Origin: Candidatus Latescibacterota bacterium
GTDB lineage: Bacteria; Latescibacterota; UBA2968; UBA8231
Direction of reading: 5' to 3'
Assembly (NCBI GenBank): GCA_965217585.1
Contig: OZ244561.1
Coordinates: 7,008,001 to 7,072,000, forward strand
DNA length: 64,000 nucleotides
Shown here: one piece after another, positions 10,253-19,405 of the stretch
Layout of the letters: the number at the start of each line of letters is the position of its first letter
Position numbering within the stretch: position 1 is the stretch's first letter
Made by a program: the position numbers and the translations under genes
Notes under the pieces: generated by a model
The model's input: only the letters and a program-made list of their open reading frames with translations
Told to the model about the DNA's origin: nothing
Databases searched by the model: none

Positions 10253-10669
10253 TCAGTTCTGGCGACGACCGTCGATTAGGATAATGAAGCCACTACCCGT
10301 CCCTCCCGGGACGGTCCTGATTTCGACGACCTGCCCGTACGACACGGTGACGGTCTTGGGCGGAGGCGGGGCATACCCTTGTCCAACGGGTGGATCCAGC
10401 CACACGACGACGACGTCGAAAGCATTGACATCCTCCTCGATCAGGCACTCGATCGATTGGATTTGGTCGGACAAGAGGCGGAATCTCTGGAAGCAGGCGG
10501 CGATATTCACCTCTACCTCGCCGCGGAAGGAATTGACGAACTTGATGAAGCGGCTGGGCTCACCTTCCCCGGTGTCCTTTGGCAGAGTCGACAGATCGAT
10601 CTCTTTTTCGCAGCCACTCGACAGAAAGATGCCCGTGCCGAGCAGGAGCAAATGCGCACATCTCAGCAT
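10253..10669 (-). CDS. Small lipoprotein, tandem paralog of 9840..10241
   Basis: Lipobox SSGC; shared VNSF..IAAC..IECL motifs. Confidence 0.75.
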   Translation of the reverse strand: MLRCAHLLLLGTGIFLSSGCEKEIDLSTLPKDTGEGEPSRFIKFVNSFRGEVEVNIAACFQRFRLLSDQIQSIECLIEEDVNAFDVVVVWLDPPVGQGYAPPPPKTVTVSYGQVVEIRTVPGGTGSGFIILIDGRRQN

Positions 10670-10690
10670 AGATCACTCTTTCATACGATA

Positions 10691-10724
10691 CAGCGGTCCA
10701 GCCGGTATTCCGGCCGAACCGCTG
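10691..10724 (-). other. Intergenic stem-loop without U-tract (possible mRNA-stabilising or partial terminator element)
   Basis: Minus-strand CAGCGGTTCGGCCGG-AATA-CCGGCTGGACCGCTG forms a 15-bp stem (two G-U pairs) downstream of the first gene of the left arm. Confidence 0.55.
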
Positions 10725-10787
10725 GTACTCGAGCCCCGAGACATTCCCCGCGCTGGGTGGAATCCCGGGATAGGTACAGATGAGCCG

Positions 10788-11699
10788 TTAGTCTGCGAGA
10801 CTGGACTTTATGCGAGCCCAGGTAGTCGACTCGACCGCGGTGGGGGCCGCGGCCTCGACATCGGGGTCGACGATGAGGGTGAAGCTATTCATGGAATCCC
10901 CGTTGCCGGTCGCTCCGCTCTCGTTCGATGTGGCCCAAGCACCGTCCCAACTGTCGCCGCCGTCCCAGTCGTCGCCCTGGAACATGAGGTGGGTCTTCGT
11001 GTTCTCAGTCAGATCCATGACTGTGCTGGTCTCGGCTCCGCCTTCGCCGGTCGATACGGCCGCGTCGAAGAAAGAGAACAAAGTCATGCGCCACTCGTAG
11101 TTAATGGTCACATTTTCATCGCCGTGGCTCCACGGCTTGTCGCTGGCCGGGCCAGTGGCGAAGACGAGGTGGGGCGGCTGGTTGGCCCAGAACTGAGAGT
11201 AGCTATCGCTGAAGCCCTGCAGGACAAACACATCCGCATCTCCGGCCGCCTGAAACGTCCACTCCTGGCCGTTGCTGTACACCCCGTCCGGATCGATTCC
11301 GCCGCCACTGTGATCGGGATCCGCAGCAAAGGTCCAGCCGTCGTCGCCGACCGTGCGGCTGCCGCGCAGCAAGTCGCGATCGTAGAAGTCGTCGAACGTG
11401 TTGATCGCGAACCAGAGTTGGTTGCCCTCGTCGGTGCCAGTCCACGCCACGCAGATGGTGACGTCGAAATCATTCAAGTCGAGCCCGTCCGGGCCGGCAC
11501 GGCTGAGCAGCGCGTCCCGGGGAATGATGGCGTAACTGGGGAACCAACTCCAGTCGCCGAGTTCCCCATCAATCTCCATTTGTTGGGCAACTCCGGCTGG
11601 AATGTGGATGGCGAAGTAATCCGGCGCATCAGCCGTGGCTGGCGCTGCCCCTAACAGGACCGCCAGGCTCAGCACTAGGATAGAAGAAAATAATCTCAT
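10788..11699 (-). CDS. Secreted DOMON/CBM9-like protein with C-terminal AVE-x-x-TW-x-x-IK motif
   Basis: ATG 11699 with AAGGAG RBS; signal peptide MRLFSSILVLSLAVLLGAAPATA; IDGELGDW and YEWRM motifs typical of CBM9/DOMON-like folds; ends PTAVESTTWARIKSSLAD. Confidence 0.75.
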   Translation of the reverse strand: MRLFSSILVLSLAVLLGAAPATADAPDYFAIHIPAGVAQQMEIDGELGDWSWFPSYAIIPRDALLSRAGPDGLDLNDFDVTICVAWTGTDEGNQLWFAINTFDDFYDRDLLRGSRTVGDDGWTFAADPDHSGGGIDPDGVYSNGQEWTFQAAGDADVFVLQGFSDSYSQFWANQPPHLVFATGPASDKPWSHGDENVTINYEWRMTLFSFFDAAVSTGEGGAETSTVMDLTENTKTHLMFQGDDWDGGDSWDGAWATSNESGATGNGDSMNSFTLIVDPDVEAAAPTAVESTTWARIKSSLAD

Positions 11700-12056
11700 C
11701 TCGTTTCGACTCCTTTGAGGAAGTGGGTAAATAGTCCATCCGCTACACCAGTGCAAATAGACCAGATGACTTTCCCTAAAGGGCCCTGAATAGCCCCAAG
11801 GGAAGGGACTTAGGAAATCGACCTAGAGAAATATATATTGATTATTTTCTGGTACTTAGGTCATACTTACGACGACCTTTACAAAGGCCGTACGCCTAAT
11901 AGCTGCGGAATTTCTCCCCAATATATTTACTTTCAGCCTAGGGTTCAACCAAATTCTTACCCTCGGCTAGAAATACCTTATATCTTGATACACCTATTGG
12001 CCCATCCTACTTTTCTTTACACACCTGTCCGCCCACTTTGAGTCGAGGAAGCGAAA

Positions 12057-13481
12057 ATGGGACTGGCTGTTGCGCCGGAGCGCTGGATCTCGCCTTGGGC
12101 GCGGCTCGTACTGATGGTGGTTCTGCTGACGGCCTGTGCCCAAGACCACGAGGAAACGGCCGTGGCTATAGTTGGAACTAGGGAAATTACCGCCGAGGAA
12201 CTTCGCCACTTCGTGCGCCGTCTCGTGCCGAGCTTGGTCAGCGATGAAGAAGGACAGCGGGCCCGGGAGGATTATCTACAGACTTTGGTCGACCGGGAAA
12301 TCGCGCTTCTCGAGGCCTATGAAAAAGGCTTGGATCAGGACCCCGATTTGCTCAAAACACTCGACCAGAAAAGGAAAGACCACCTCCTCTCCCGCTATCG
12401 CGACCAGGAGATCCTGCCCCGGATACAAGTGTCCGAAGAGGAGATCCGCCAGTTCTTCGACCGACAGGATATGGCGCGGGAGCGCCGGGCCACCGCCATT
12501 TTGGTGCGGACTCAGGAGCAAGCGCAGCAGATCCGCGCCCAACTCGAAGCCGGAAGCGATTTTGGCGAGTTGGCCAGAAAGCATTCGCTCGACACTTGGT
12601 CGGCCCTGCGGGAAGGCGAGTTAGGATTCGTCACCCGGACTGCTTCCGAACGGCTATTGGGGATCCCCGCAGAGGTATTCGACACACTTAGCACCGGCCA
12701 AGTATCGCCCCCTCTGCGCCGGGGCCGCAACTATCACCTAGTCCGCTTTTTAGAAGACCGGTCCACAGATCTGCAGACTCACCGGGAGAGCATAAAGACG
12801 CAGTTGCGGGAAGAAAAGCAACGCACCCTCGAAGAGGAGCAAGCAGACATTCTGGCACGCGAATTCAACTGGCAACCGGTCTCTGCAGGGACGACTCTGC
12901 TAAGGGATAAAGGCTCGGCCTTAGGAGAGAGCGGCAAGTTGCAGCTCACCGACGCAGAAAAGCGCGTCCCACTCTTCACTTACGAGGGTGGGGCCATTTC
13001 TCTGGCGGACTACATGGCGGTGTTGCGCCAGCACAGGATCAGAGCGCCTCGGGCCCTGCTGGACAGCGTCTTTATCAGCTTGCTCGGACGCCGCTTTTTG
13101 CAGCAGCCCGCTCTCTTTGTGGCAGCCGCCGAGCGCCTCGACCTCCCGGAAGATCCCGAGGTGGTAAAGTGGGTCGAGAAAGCCAGACGGGAATTGCTGG
13201 TCAGGGGTATAAGACAGCGGGAAGTCATCGACCAGATCGCCATTGACGAGGCGGATGTCAGGCGGTTCTACGAGGAAAACGGAGCGATGTTTCGGCGGGA
13301 AGCCTTTGAGCTAGCCCGCAGGAGGGCGGAGGTCGCCCTGAGGAAGGCGCTGGAAAAAGAGCGCTTTGACGCGTGGATCGCCGATCTGCGCCAGCGGTAT
13401 GGGGACCGCGTCAAAGTCTTCCCAGACCGATTGGCAAAAGCCCTGCCGGAAACACTGCTGGACAGCCTCTCCAGAAATTAA
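12057..13481 (+). CDS. PpiC-type peptidyl-prolyl isomerase (SurA/PrsA-like foldase), lipoprotein
   Basis: Lipobox LTAC; VAIVGTREITAEEL; ILVRTQEQA..GSDFGELARKHSLD..GELGF rotamase motif. Confidence 0.85.
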   Translation: MGLAVAPERWISPWARLVLMVVLLTACAQDHEETAVAIVGTREITAEELRHFVRRLVPSLVSDEEGQRAREDYLQTLVDREIALLEAYEKGLDQDPDLLKTLDQKRKDHLLSRYRDQEILPRIQVSEEEIRQFFDRQDMARERRATAILVRTQEQAQQIRAQLEAGSDFGELARKHSLDTWSALREGELGFVTRTASERLLGIPAEVFDTLSTGQVSPPLRRGRNYHLVRFLEDRSTDLQTHRESIKTQLREEKQRTLEEEQADILAREFNWQPVSAGTTLLRDKGSALGESGKLQLTDAEKRVPLFTYEGGAISLADYMAVLRQHRIRAPRALLDSVFISLLGRRFLQQPALFVAAAERLDLPEDPEVVKWVEKARRELLVRGIRQREVIDQIAIDEADVRRFYEENGAMFRREAFELARRRAEVALRKALEKERFDAWIADLRQRYGDRVKVFPDRLAKALPETLLDSLSRN

Positions 13482-13510
13482 TACCATGTGAAAACCAAAA
13501 GGAGGTTCTC

Positions 13511-14104
13511 ATGCAACTCGAACTGCCCGGACGCTGGCAACGCGACTACGATGTGTACGAACGCCTCGAAGAACTCGGCATCGACCTAGGCCGCAGAGAA
13601 GACGCCATCGCTCCCGAGACCAACCGCATTCCCAGACTCATCTTCACTCCTTCCGGCTTGCTCTTTTTTTCTGGGTCGGGAGCTGGCGAGGGTCCGGTCA
13701 CCAACGACGAGTCCTCGGTAGAGAAAGGATACAAGGCCGGTAGGGACGTGGGTCACAAGCACATCTGCGTGCTGCACTGGGGTCTGCACCCCTTTGGCAC
13801 GCTGAACGACGTCTGGTATTGCGTCAAGTGCATCGGCATGGTGCATTCGGCCCACCGCGAAGAGTCCTTTACCAACGCTCCCCGGGTGGTGGACGGATAC
13901 ACGGAAGTCTGGCACGATGTATTCGGCGGCCCCCTGTCGCGTCGCGCCAAGGAGGGCCAAGCCGACGGCCGCTCCGGCTGGCACGGCCGCAGTGCTTTGG
14001 GCGGATTTGAGATCAGCAACTTGGCCATTGAACCGGAGATGATTGTACAGGTCGATCCCGATCTGGCGATCCGCGTCATCCGGGAGCGCGGGCCCCACAT
14101 TTGA
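13511..14104 (+). CDS. RidA/YjgF-like (Atu1372-type) protein
   Basis: ATG 13511 after GGAGG; RLEELGIDL, LLFFSGSG, VEKGYKAG, VKCIGMV..FTNAPRVVDG, HGRSALG. Confidence 0.65.
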   Translation: MQLELPGRWQRDYDVYERLEELGIDLGRREDAIAPETNRIPRLIFTPSGLLFFSGSGAGEGPVTNDESSVEKGYKAGRDVGHKHICVLHWGLHPFGTLNDVWYCVKCIGMVHSAHREESFTNAPRVVDGYTEVWHDVFGGPLSRRAKEGQADGRSGWHGRSALGGFEISNLAIEPEMIVQVDPDLAIRVIRERGPHI

Positions 14105-14123
14105 ACTGTGGTTCTGTGGGCTT

Positions 14124-14852
14124 CTAGTACCGCTCTCCTACATCGAGTAGGGTTTTCCCTTCCATCATCGCCTCGAGGTATTCCACTACCCGATTGACCG
14201 CTTCTTCGGACAAAATCCTGCCTTTTTCCGCATCGGCCTCCAGGGGCGTCCGGTCCTCCTGGTCCTGCATGGCGTCCTGCCGGATTTTCTCCGGGAACAT
14301 GTGCATGGCCAGCGAGGTCTCGAATTCCTGGGCGTGCCCTGGAGCGCTCTTGGTGGTCATGTGCTCGTCGATGAGCGCCCGCGGAATTAAGTTCCAATAG
14401 GGATGGAAGTGCAGATTCACTCCCGGAGCTGTGGATTCGAAAAAGAGACGCCACTGACGGAGTATGCTATTCACGGGTTGCACATTGCCGCCGTGACCGT
14501 TGAGGATTAGGATGTTCTCAATGCCGTGGCGGGCAAAACATTCCACCGCGTCGAAGAGTACCGCCAGCCACGAGCCCGGCTTGGCCGTGAGGCTGCCCTT
14601 GTGCTTCATGTGGTGCTCGGAAATGCCTACGGCCATGGGCACGGCCACGATCACCTTTGGGTACATGCGCAGGGCCGTTTGTTGCGCCACCCAAGTCGAC
14701 GAGGCGATATCGTGTTCAAAAGGCAGGTGTTCGAGGTGCTGCTCGATGCTGCCGGTGGGGATGATAGCGGCCTGGAATTGCCCTGCCTCAAGAGCTTGGC
14801 GGAATTCGCGCCGAGTGTAATTCTGCAGCATAACTTCCCTGTTATCGGTCAC
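14124..14852 (-). CDS. Creatininase/MftE family amidohydrolase
   Basis: GTG 14852 after AAGGAGG; PTGSIEQHLEHLP..D, GISEHH, LNGHGGN, GHAQEFETS. Confidence 0.9.
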   Translation of the reverse strand: MTDNREVMLQNYTRREFRQALEAGQFQAAIIPTGSIEQHLEHLPFEHDIASSTWVAQQTALRMYPKVIVAVPMAVGISEHHMKHKGSLTAKPGSWLAVLFDAVECFARHGIENILILNGHGGNVQPVNSILRQWRLFFESTAPGVNLHFHPYWNLIPRALIDEHMTTKSAPGHAQEFETSLAMHMFPEKIRQDAMQDQEDRTPLEADAEKGRILSEEAVNRVVEYLEAMMEGKTLLDVGERY

Positions 14853-15016
14853 AATGGACCTCCTTTGATTAGTGTGATCAATGCCCGAGTAGCATTGATC
14901 GAGTCCCGAAAAATCCCATCTCCGATTCACGTAGAGCACCCACGTTGGGCACTTGGAAGCGAGATACGAAATTTGGCTCCTGTACACAAGCCGCACCCCC
15001 AAGAGAGGAGATTTTC

Positions 15017-16435
15017 ATGCCCCCGCCCTCGACCCGCGTCATCGCCACGCTAGCCAATGCTGCAGGGCGTCGCAGCATTTCCTTCGAGTACCAGCAAACG
15101 CCCATCTACCATACGCCCGTCACCGTCGAAGTCCCTCTCGACGAAAAGGGCTGTCTTGCGGTGGAACTGCCGTTTACGGAAGCGCAAATGGCTTCGGTCA
15201 ATCTCGACGAGGAGGTCAAGCTCTTTCTGGAACCGGGCGACCAATTGCACATCGACGCGGACTTGCTCGACCTGCCTCAATCTCTCCGCTTCTCCGGTCA
15301 GGGCGCGGCCAACAACCAGTTCCTCGCCGCCCTGCGGTCTCGCTTCCCCGACTTCCTGCGCATCAACTACAAAGACCTGGAGGTCGATGCCTTTCGCAAA
15401 ATGATCGACCAGCGGCGTTTGGAAATGACTCGCTTTCTGGACGAGGGGTGCGCCCAAGGAGGACTCACACCGGCTTTCGTCGATTACTACCGCGCCGAAA
15501 TCACCTATGATTGGGCCAAAGAACTGGTCTCTTATCCGCGCAATTACGAGAGGCAAAACGGACGGGAGAACGAAGCCCTCCCCAAGGACTATTACGACAT
15601 CCTCGATCAAGTTGAACTAGTTGACGAAACAGCTATCGGCACTTCCGATTACCGCACCTTTCTGTCGCGCAATTTCCTGCGCCTTTGGATAGAGTGGAAC
15701 GACCAGCCCGCCACTAAGCAGATGGCCACTGAGGAACGCCGAAACCTATTTGAAATCTACGTTCCCTACAATCATGCCAAGCGGACCTTGCACGGCAAAG
15801 TCCTATACTTCTTTCTCGCCGGGGAAATCGTCAGGGATTTCCAATACGGCCTGTTTAACATAGGTGAACAACGCTGGGCCGAATTTCTCCAGGACAACCC
15901 CTATCCCGAATACACCGAGGTCGTCGAAGAGGTCGTGCGGGAAGCATCCAAGGTCAAACCTGGCCAGCCCGCCCCGGACTTCACCCTCGACGATCTCCAA
16001 GGGCAAAGCGTCTCCTTGAGCGATTTCAGAGGGCAAGCGGTTTTCCTAGACTTTTGGGCGAGTTGGTGCAGCCCGTGCATTGAGGCGGTACCCCATCTAG
16101 AAGAGATCAAACAGCGGACCCAAGACCAGAAGGTCGTCTTCCTGAACATCTCTTTGGACCCCGCTGACGAGTGGCACCAAGCAGTTGATGAGCACGGCCT
16201 GACCGGCGTCCACGTTCACGCCCCGGGCGGCTGGCAAGCGGCGGTGGCTCAGTTGTACCAAGTCCGTAGCATACCCTCCTATTTCTTGGTGGGTCCAGCC
16301 GGTCGGCTGGACGGCCGCGTCAGCCATGTCTCCGATGTCGAGGAGGTGGTCAGCCGCATTGAGAAGGTGGCGTCTGGGAAGGTGCCGTCGTCATCGCCAA
16401 AAAGCATCCGATCGGAGATGGTCATCAGAGGATAG
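15017..16435 (+). CDS. TlpA-family thiol-disulfide oxidoreductase with long N-terminal region
   Basis: ATG after GAGGAG; GQPAPDFTL..LSDFRGQAVFLDFWASWCSPC..IPSYFLV. Confidence 0.85.
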   Translation: MPPPSTRVIATLANAAGRRSISFEYQQTPIYHTPVTVEVPLDEKGCLAVELPFTEAQMASVNLDEEVKLFLEPGDQLHIDADLLDLPQSLRFSGQGAANNQFLAALRSRFPDFLRINYKDLEVDAFRKMIDQRRLEMTRFLDEGCAQGGLTPAFVDYYRAEITYDWAKELVSYPRNYERQNGRENEALPKDYYDILDQVELVDETAIGTSDYRTFLSRNFLRLWIEWNDQPATKQMATEERRNLFEIYVPYNHAKRTLHGKVLYFFLAGEIVRDFQYGLFNIGEQRWAEFLQDNPYPEYTEVVEEVVREASKVKPGQPAPDFTLDDLQGQSVSLSDFRGQAVFLDFWASWCSPCIEAVPHLEEIKQRTQDQKVVFLNISLDPADEWHQAVDEHGLTGVHVHAPGGWQAAVAQLYQVRSIPSYFLVGPAGRLDGRVSHVSDVEEVVSRIEKVASGKVPSSSPKSIRSEMVIRG

Positions 16436-16601
16436 CCGCATTGGGACAGTGCTATTTGGAGGGTTGCCGTCCAACAACGCTATCTATATTTATTAGGGAT
16501 AGGGAATAAAGTGATACCTCGCGGACGGGTGTTCACGATTCCCGTCGGGTGCCATTTTCGCGCGATCCTTCGCTCCGCACCATCGACAACCGCAGGTTCC
16601 C

Positions 16602-17945
16602 ATGCCAGCCCCCAATATCGTCTATATCCACTCACACGACACCGGCCGCTACGTCCAACCCTACGGCCACGCCATACCCACGCCTCATATCCAGCAGCTA
16701 GCCGAGGAAGGCGTCCTCTTCCGCCAAGCCTTTTGCGCCAACCCCACCTGCTCGCCCAGCCGCGCCAGCCTGCTCACCGGCCAGTGGGCCCATTCCTGCG
16801 GCATGACCGGCTTGGTCAACCGAGGCTGGACCTTGCCCAACCCAGAACGGCTACTGACTCATACCCTGCAAAAAGCCGGCTACACCACGGCCATGGCCGG
16901 CTTCCAGCACGTGGTAGCGGACATCAACGACGGCGGCTTCACCCGCCTATTGCCCCAAGAGTCCCCAGATAGCAAAACCGAGGCCCGAGCCGCCGCCTTT
17001 TTAGCCGAAGATCATCAAGCTCCCTTCTATTTAGACGTGGGCTTTAGCGAAACCCATCGCCAAGGACGCGGTTTTGCGCCCCAGCCCCACGGCGAGGACC
17101 CCACCGATCCACGCTATCTGCGGCCCCCCGCGCCTTTCCCCGATACGCCCGAGACGCGCCGCGACATGGCCGCATACATCGACGCGGCCCGCACCCTCGA
17201 CGCCAAAATGGGCCGCGTCTTCGCCGCCCTGCGGGACAACGGTTTAGCCGACAATACCCTCGTCATTTGCACCACCGATCACGGCATTGCCTTTCCCACC
17301 ATGAAGTGCAACCTCACCGACCACGGCCTTGGCGTCATGCTGGTGATACGCGGTCCGGGCGGCTTCAGCGGCGGCCAAATGGTCGATGCCTTGGTCAGCC
17401 AAGTCGATATCTATCCGACGGTCTGTGCTTTAGCCGGGATCGCATTGCCCGATCACGTGCAGGGCACCTCGCTCCTACCGCTGGTAAACGGCCAAACGCG
17501 AGAAATCCGCCGCGAAATTCTCGCCGAAGTGAACTACCACACCTACTACGAACCCCAGCGCTGCATCCGCACGCCGCGCTTCAAGTACATCCGCCGCTTT
17601 GACCAGCGCCAATACCCGGTCATGCCCAATTGCGACGACAGCCTGACCAAAGACTATTTTATCGACCAAGGCTGGCGGCAATGCACGCTGGAGAGCGAAC
17701 GACTCTACGACTTGGTCTTCGACCCGCACGAAACCCACAACTTGGCCGCAGACCCCAATTGCCGAGATCACTTGGAAGATCTGCGCCAGCGCCTCGACCA
17801 ATGGATGCAAAGCACCGACGACCCCCTAGCCCACGGACGCCCCGTAGTGCCACCCGCTACCGCAGTAGTCAACGATCCCGATGCCCGCTCGCCCTCGGAG
17901 CCACACCACCCGGCCCGCGAATTTTTGGGCATCTATCCAGAGTGA
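16602..17945 (+). CDS. Formylglycine-dependent sulfatase (sulfamidase-like), no signal peptide
   Basis: PNIVYIHSHD, CSPSRASLLTG, TDHG, LYDLVFDPHETHNLA. Confidence 0.92.
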   Translation: MPAPNIVYIHSHDTGRYVQPYGHAIPTPHIQQLAEEGVLFRQAFCANPTCSPSRASLLTGQWAHSCGMTGLVNRGWTLPNPERLLTHTLQKAGYTTAMAGFQHVVADINDGGFTRLLPQESPDSKTEARAAAFLAEDHQAPFYLDVGFSETHRQGRGFAPQPHGEDPTDPRYLRPPAPFPDTPETRRDMAAYIDAARTLDAKMGRVFAALRDNGLADNTLVICTTDHGIAFPTMKCNLTDHGLGVMLVIRGPGGFSGGQMVDALVSQVDIYPTVCALAGIALPDHVQGTSLLPLVNGQTREIRREILAEVNYHTYYEPQRCIRTPRFKYIRRFDQRQYPVMPNCDDSLTKDYFIDQGWRQCTLESERLYDLVFDPHETHNLAADPNCRDHLEDLRQRLDQWMQSTDDPLAHGRPVVPPATAVVNDPDARSPSEPHHPAREFLGIYPE

Positions 17946-18032
17946 GATAATTGCCGGAGGTGTATCGGTTCGCGCCGTAAGCCTCGCTACCATTAACCAG
18001 GGCATTTGCCCAACTCCATAAAGGAGGCCCCT

Positions 18033-19367
18033 ATGAAATCCGCTCTGTTTTTCCTACTCACCTGCGCCTTGACCCTAGGCGCATGTTCCGACCGCGATCC
18101 CGTTTCCGCCAACCAGCCAACCGAAGCGGCCGCCAAGCGCAGAATCAGCAGCATAACTTTGACTAGCATTCCCGTCGCCGGGCTAGCCGAGTCGCGGATC
18201 CCATCGCTCGGTGCGGTCGAGGTCAACGCCGGAGAACCCGTAAAGATCCGTTCGTTGCTCGCGCACACCATCGCGCCGTCGATTGGTATATCGCAACGCC
18301 ACGGCGTTGAGTTAGCCGTGCGAGACATCGGTAGCATCCACGGCTACGCGATCGAACTCGGCGAGCCGGTAGATGGCACGTGTGGGCCGGATGGTGGGCG
18401 CATAGGTGCCGAGCAGATCAGCGCCGACCCGCAGATGATCGGCGTAATTGGCACGTCCTGCTCCGGCGCGGCCGTAGCGGCCTCACCGGTGCTCAGCGCG
18501 GCAGGCTTGGTGATGATCTCGCCATCCAATACATCGCCTCGGCTCACGTCCGACCTCGCCGGCAACCCCGGCCCCGACTACCACCCCGGGTATTTCCGCG
18601 TTGATGACAACGATCTCTACCAGGGGCAGGCAGTCGCCGACTTCGCTTACAGTGAACTGGGTCTGCGGCGCATGGCGACCGTCGATGACGGCGACCCGTA
18701 CACCACAGCCCTCGTCAGCGCGTTTGGCGATGCGTTCCGAGCCCTCGGCGGTGAAGTCGCGGCCATCACCCGGATTGACAAAGGTGACACGGACATGACG
18801 GAGGTCCTCGCAGAAATTGCGGCAACCGGTCCAGACGGCATCTTCTTCCCGCTCTTCGAGGTGGAAGGCTCGCCCTTCACCCAGCAGGCGCGAGAGTTCG
18901 ATGGCCTAGAAGACGCGACACTCATTACGGGCGCGGCTCTGCTGATCTCGGGATTCCTCGGCCAGCCGCACTCAGAGGGCGTTTACGGTGCGGGGCCGGT
19001 GGCGGATCTCGGCGTGAACGTCAATGCTTTCACCGGCCAGAACGCAGGCGAAATACTCGCCGCGTATGAAGCCACATACGGAGAGTCGCCAGCCTCGGCG
19101 TACTGGGCCCATGCGTACGACGCGACAACGCTGCTGCTGAGCGCCATCGAGTCTGTTGCCGTGGTGGAGGACCGGAAGTTATCTGTGGACCGCGCTGCGC
19201 TACGCGCGGAACTCAGCGCGACGTCCGGCTTTCAGGCCCTCCTCGGCGCATTCTCCTGCGACTATTTCGGCGACTGCGGCACCGGGCGCGTGAACATCTA
19301 TCACCACACAGACTCCGGCGTTACGGATCCCGCGCAGTTGCCGGTGGTGTACCAGTTCGCGCCGTGA
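18033..19367 (+). CDS. Branched-chain amino acid ABC-type substrate-binding lipoprotein (copy 1)
   Basis: ATG after AAGGAGG; lipobox LGAC; GVIGTSCSG, MISPSNTSPRLT, YFRV..ND..QG, AHAYDA. Confidence 0.88.
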   Translation: MKSALFFLLTCALTLGACSDRDPVSANQPTEAAAKRRISSITLTSIPVAGLAESRIPSLGAVEVNAGEPVKIRSLLAHTIAPSIGISQRHGVELAVRDIGSIHGYAIELGEPVDGTCGPDGGRIGAEQISADPQMIGVIGTSCSGAAVAASPVLSAAGLVMISPSNTSPRLTSDLAGNPGPDYHPGYFRVDDNDLYQGQAVADFAYSELGLRRMATVDDGDPYTTALVSAFGDAFRALGGEVAAITRIDKGDTDMTEVLAEIAATGPDGIFFPLFEVEGSPFTQQAREFDGLEDATLITGAALLISGFLGQPHSEGVYGAGPVADLGVNVNAFTGQNAGEILAAYEATYGESPASAYWAHAYDATTLLLSAIESVAVVEDRKLSVDRAALRAELSATSGFQALLGAFSCDYFGDCGTGRVNIYHHTDSGVTDPAQLPVVYQFAP

Positions 19368-19405
19368 GCTAGCTGACGGATAACACAATCAGGAGGTTGA
19401 TACCC

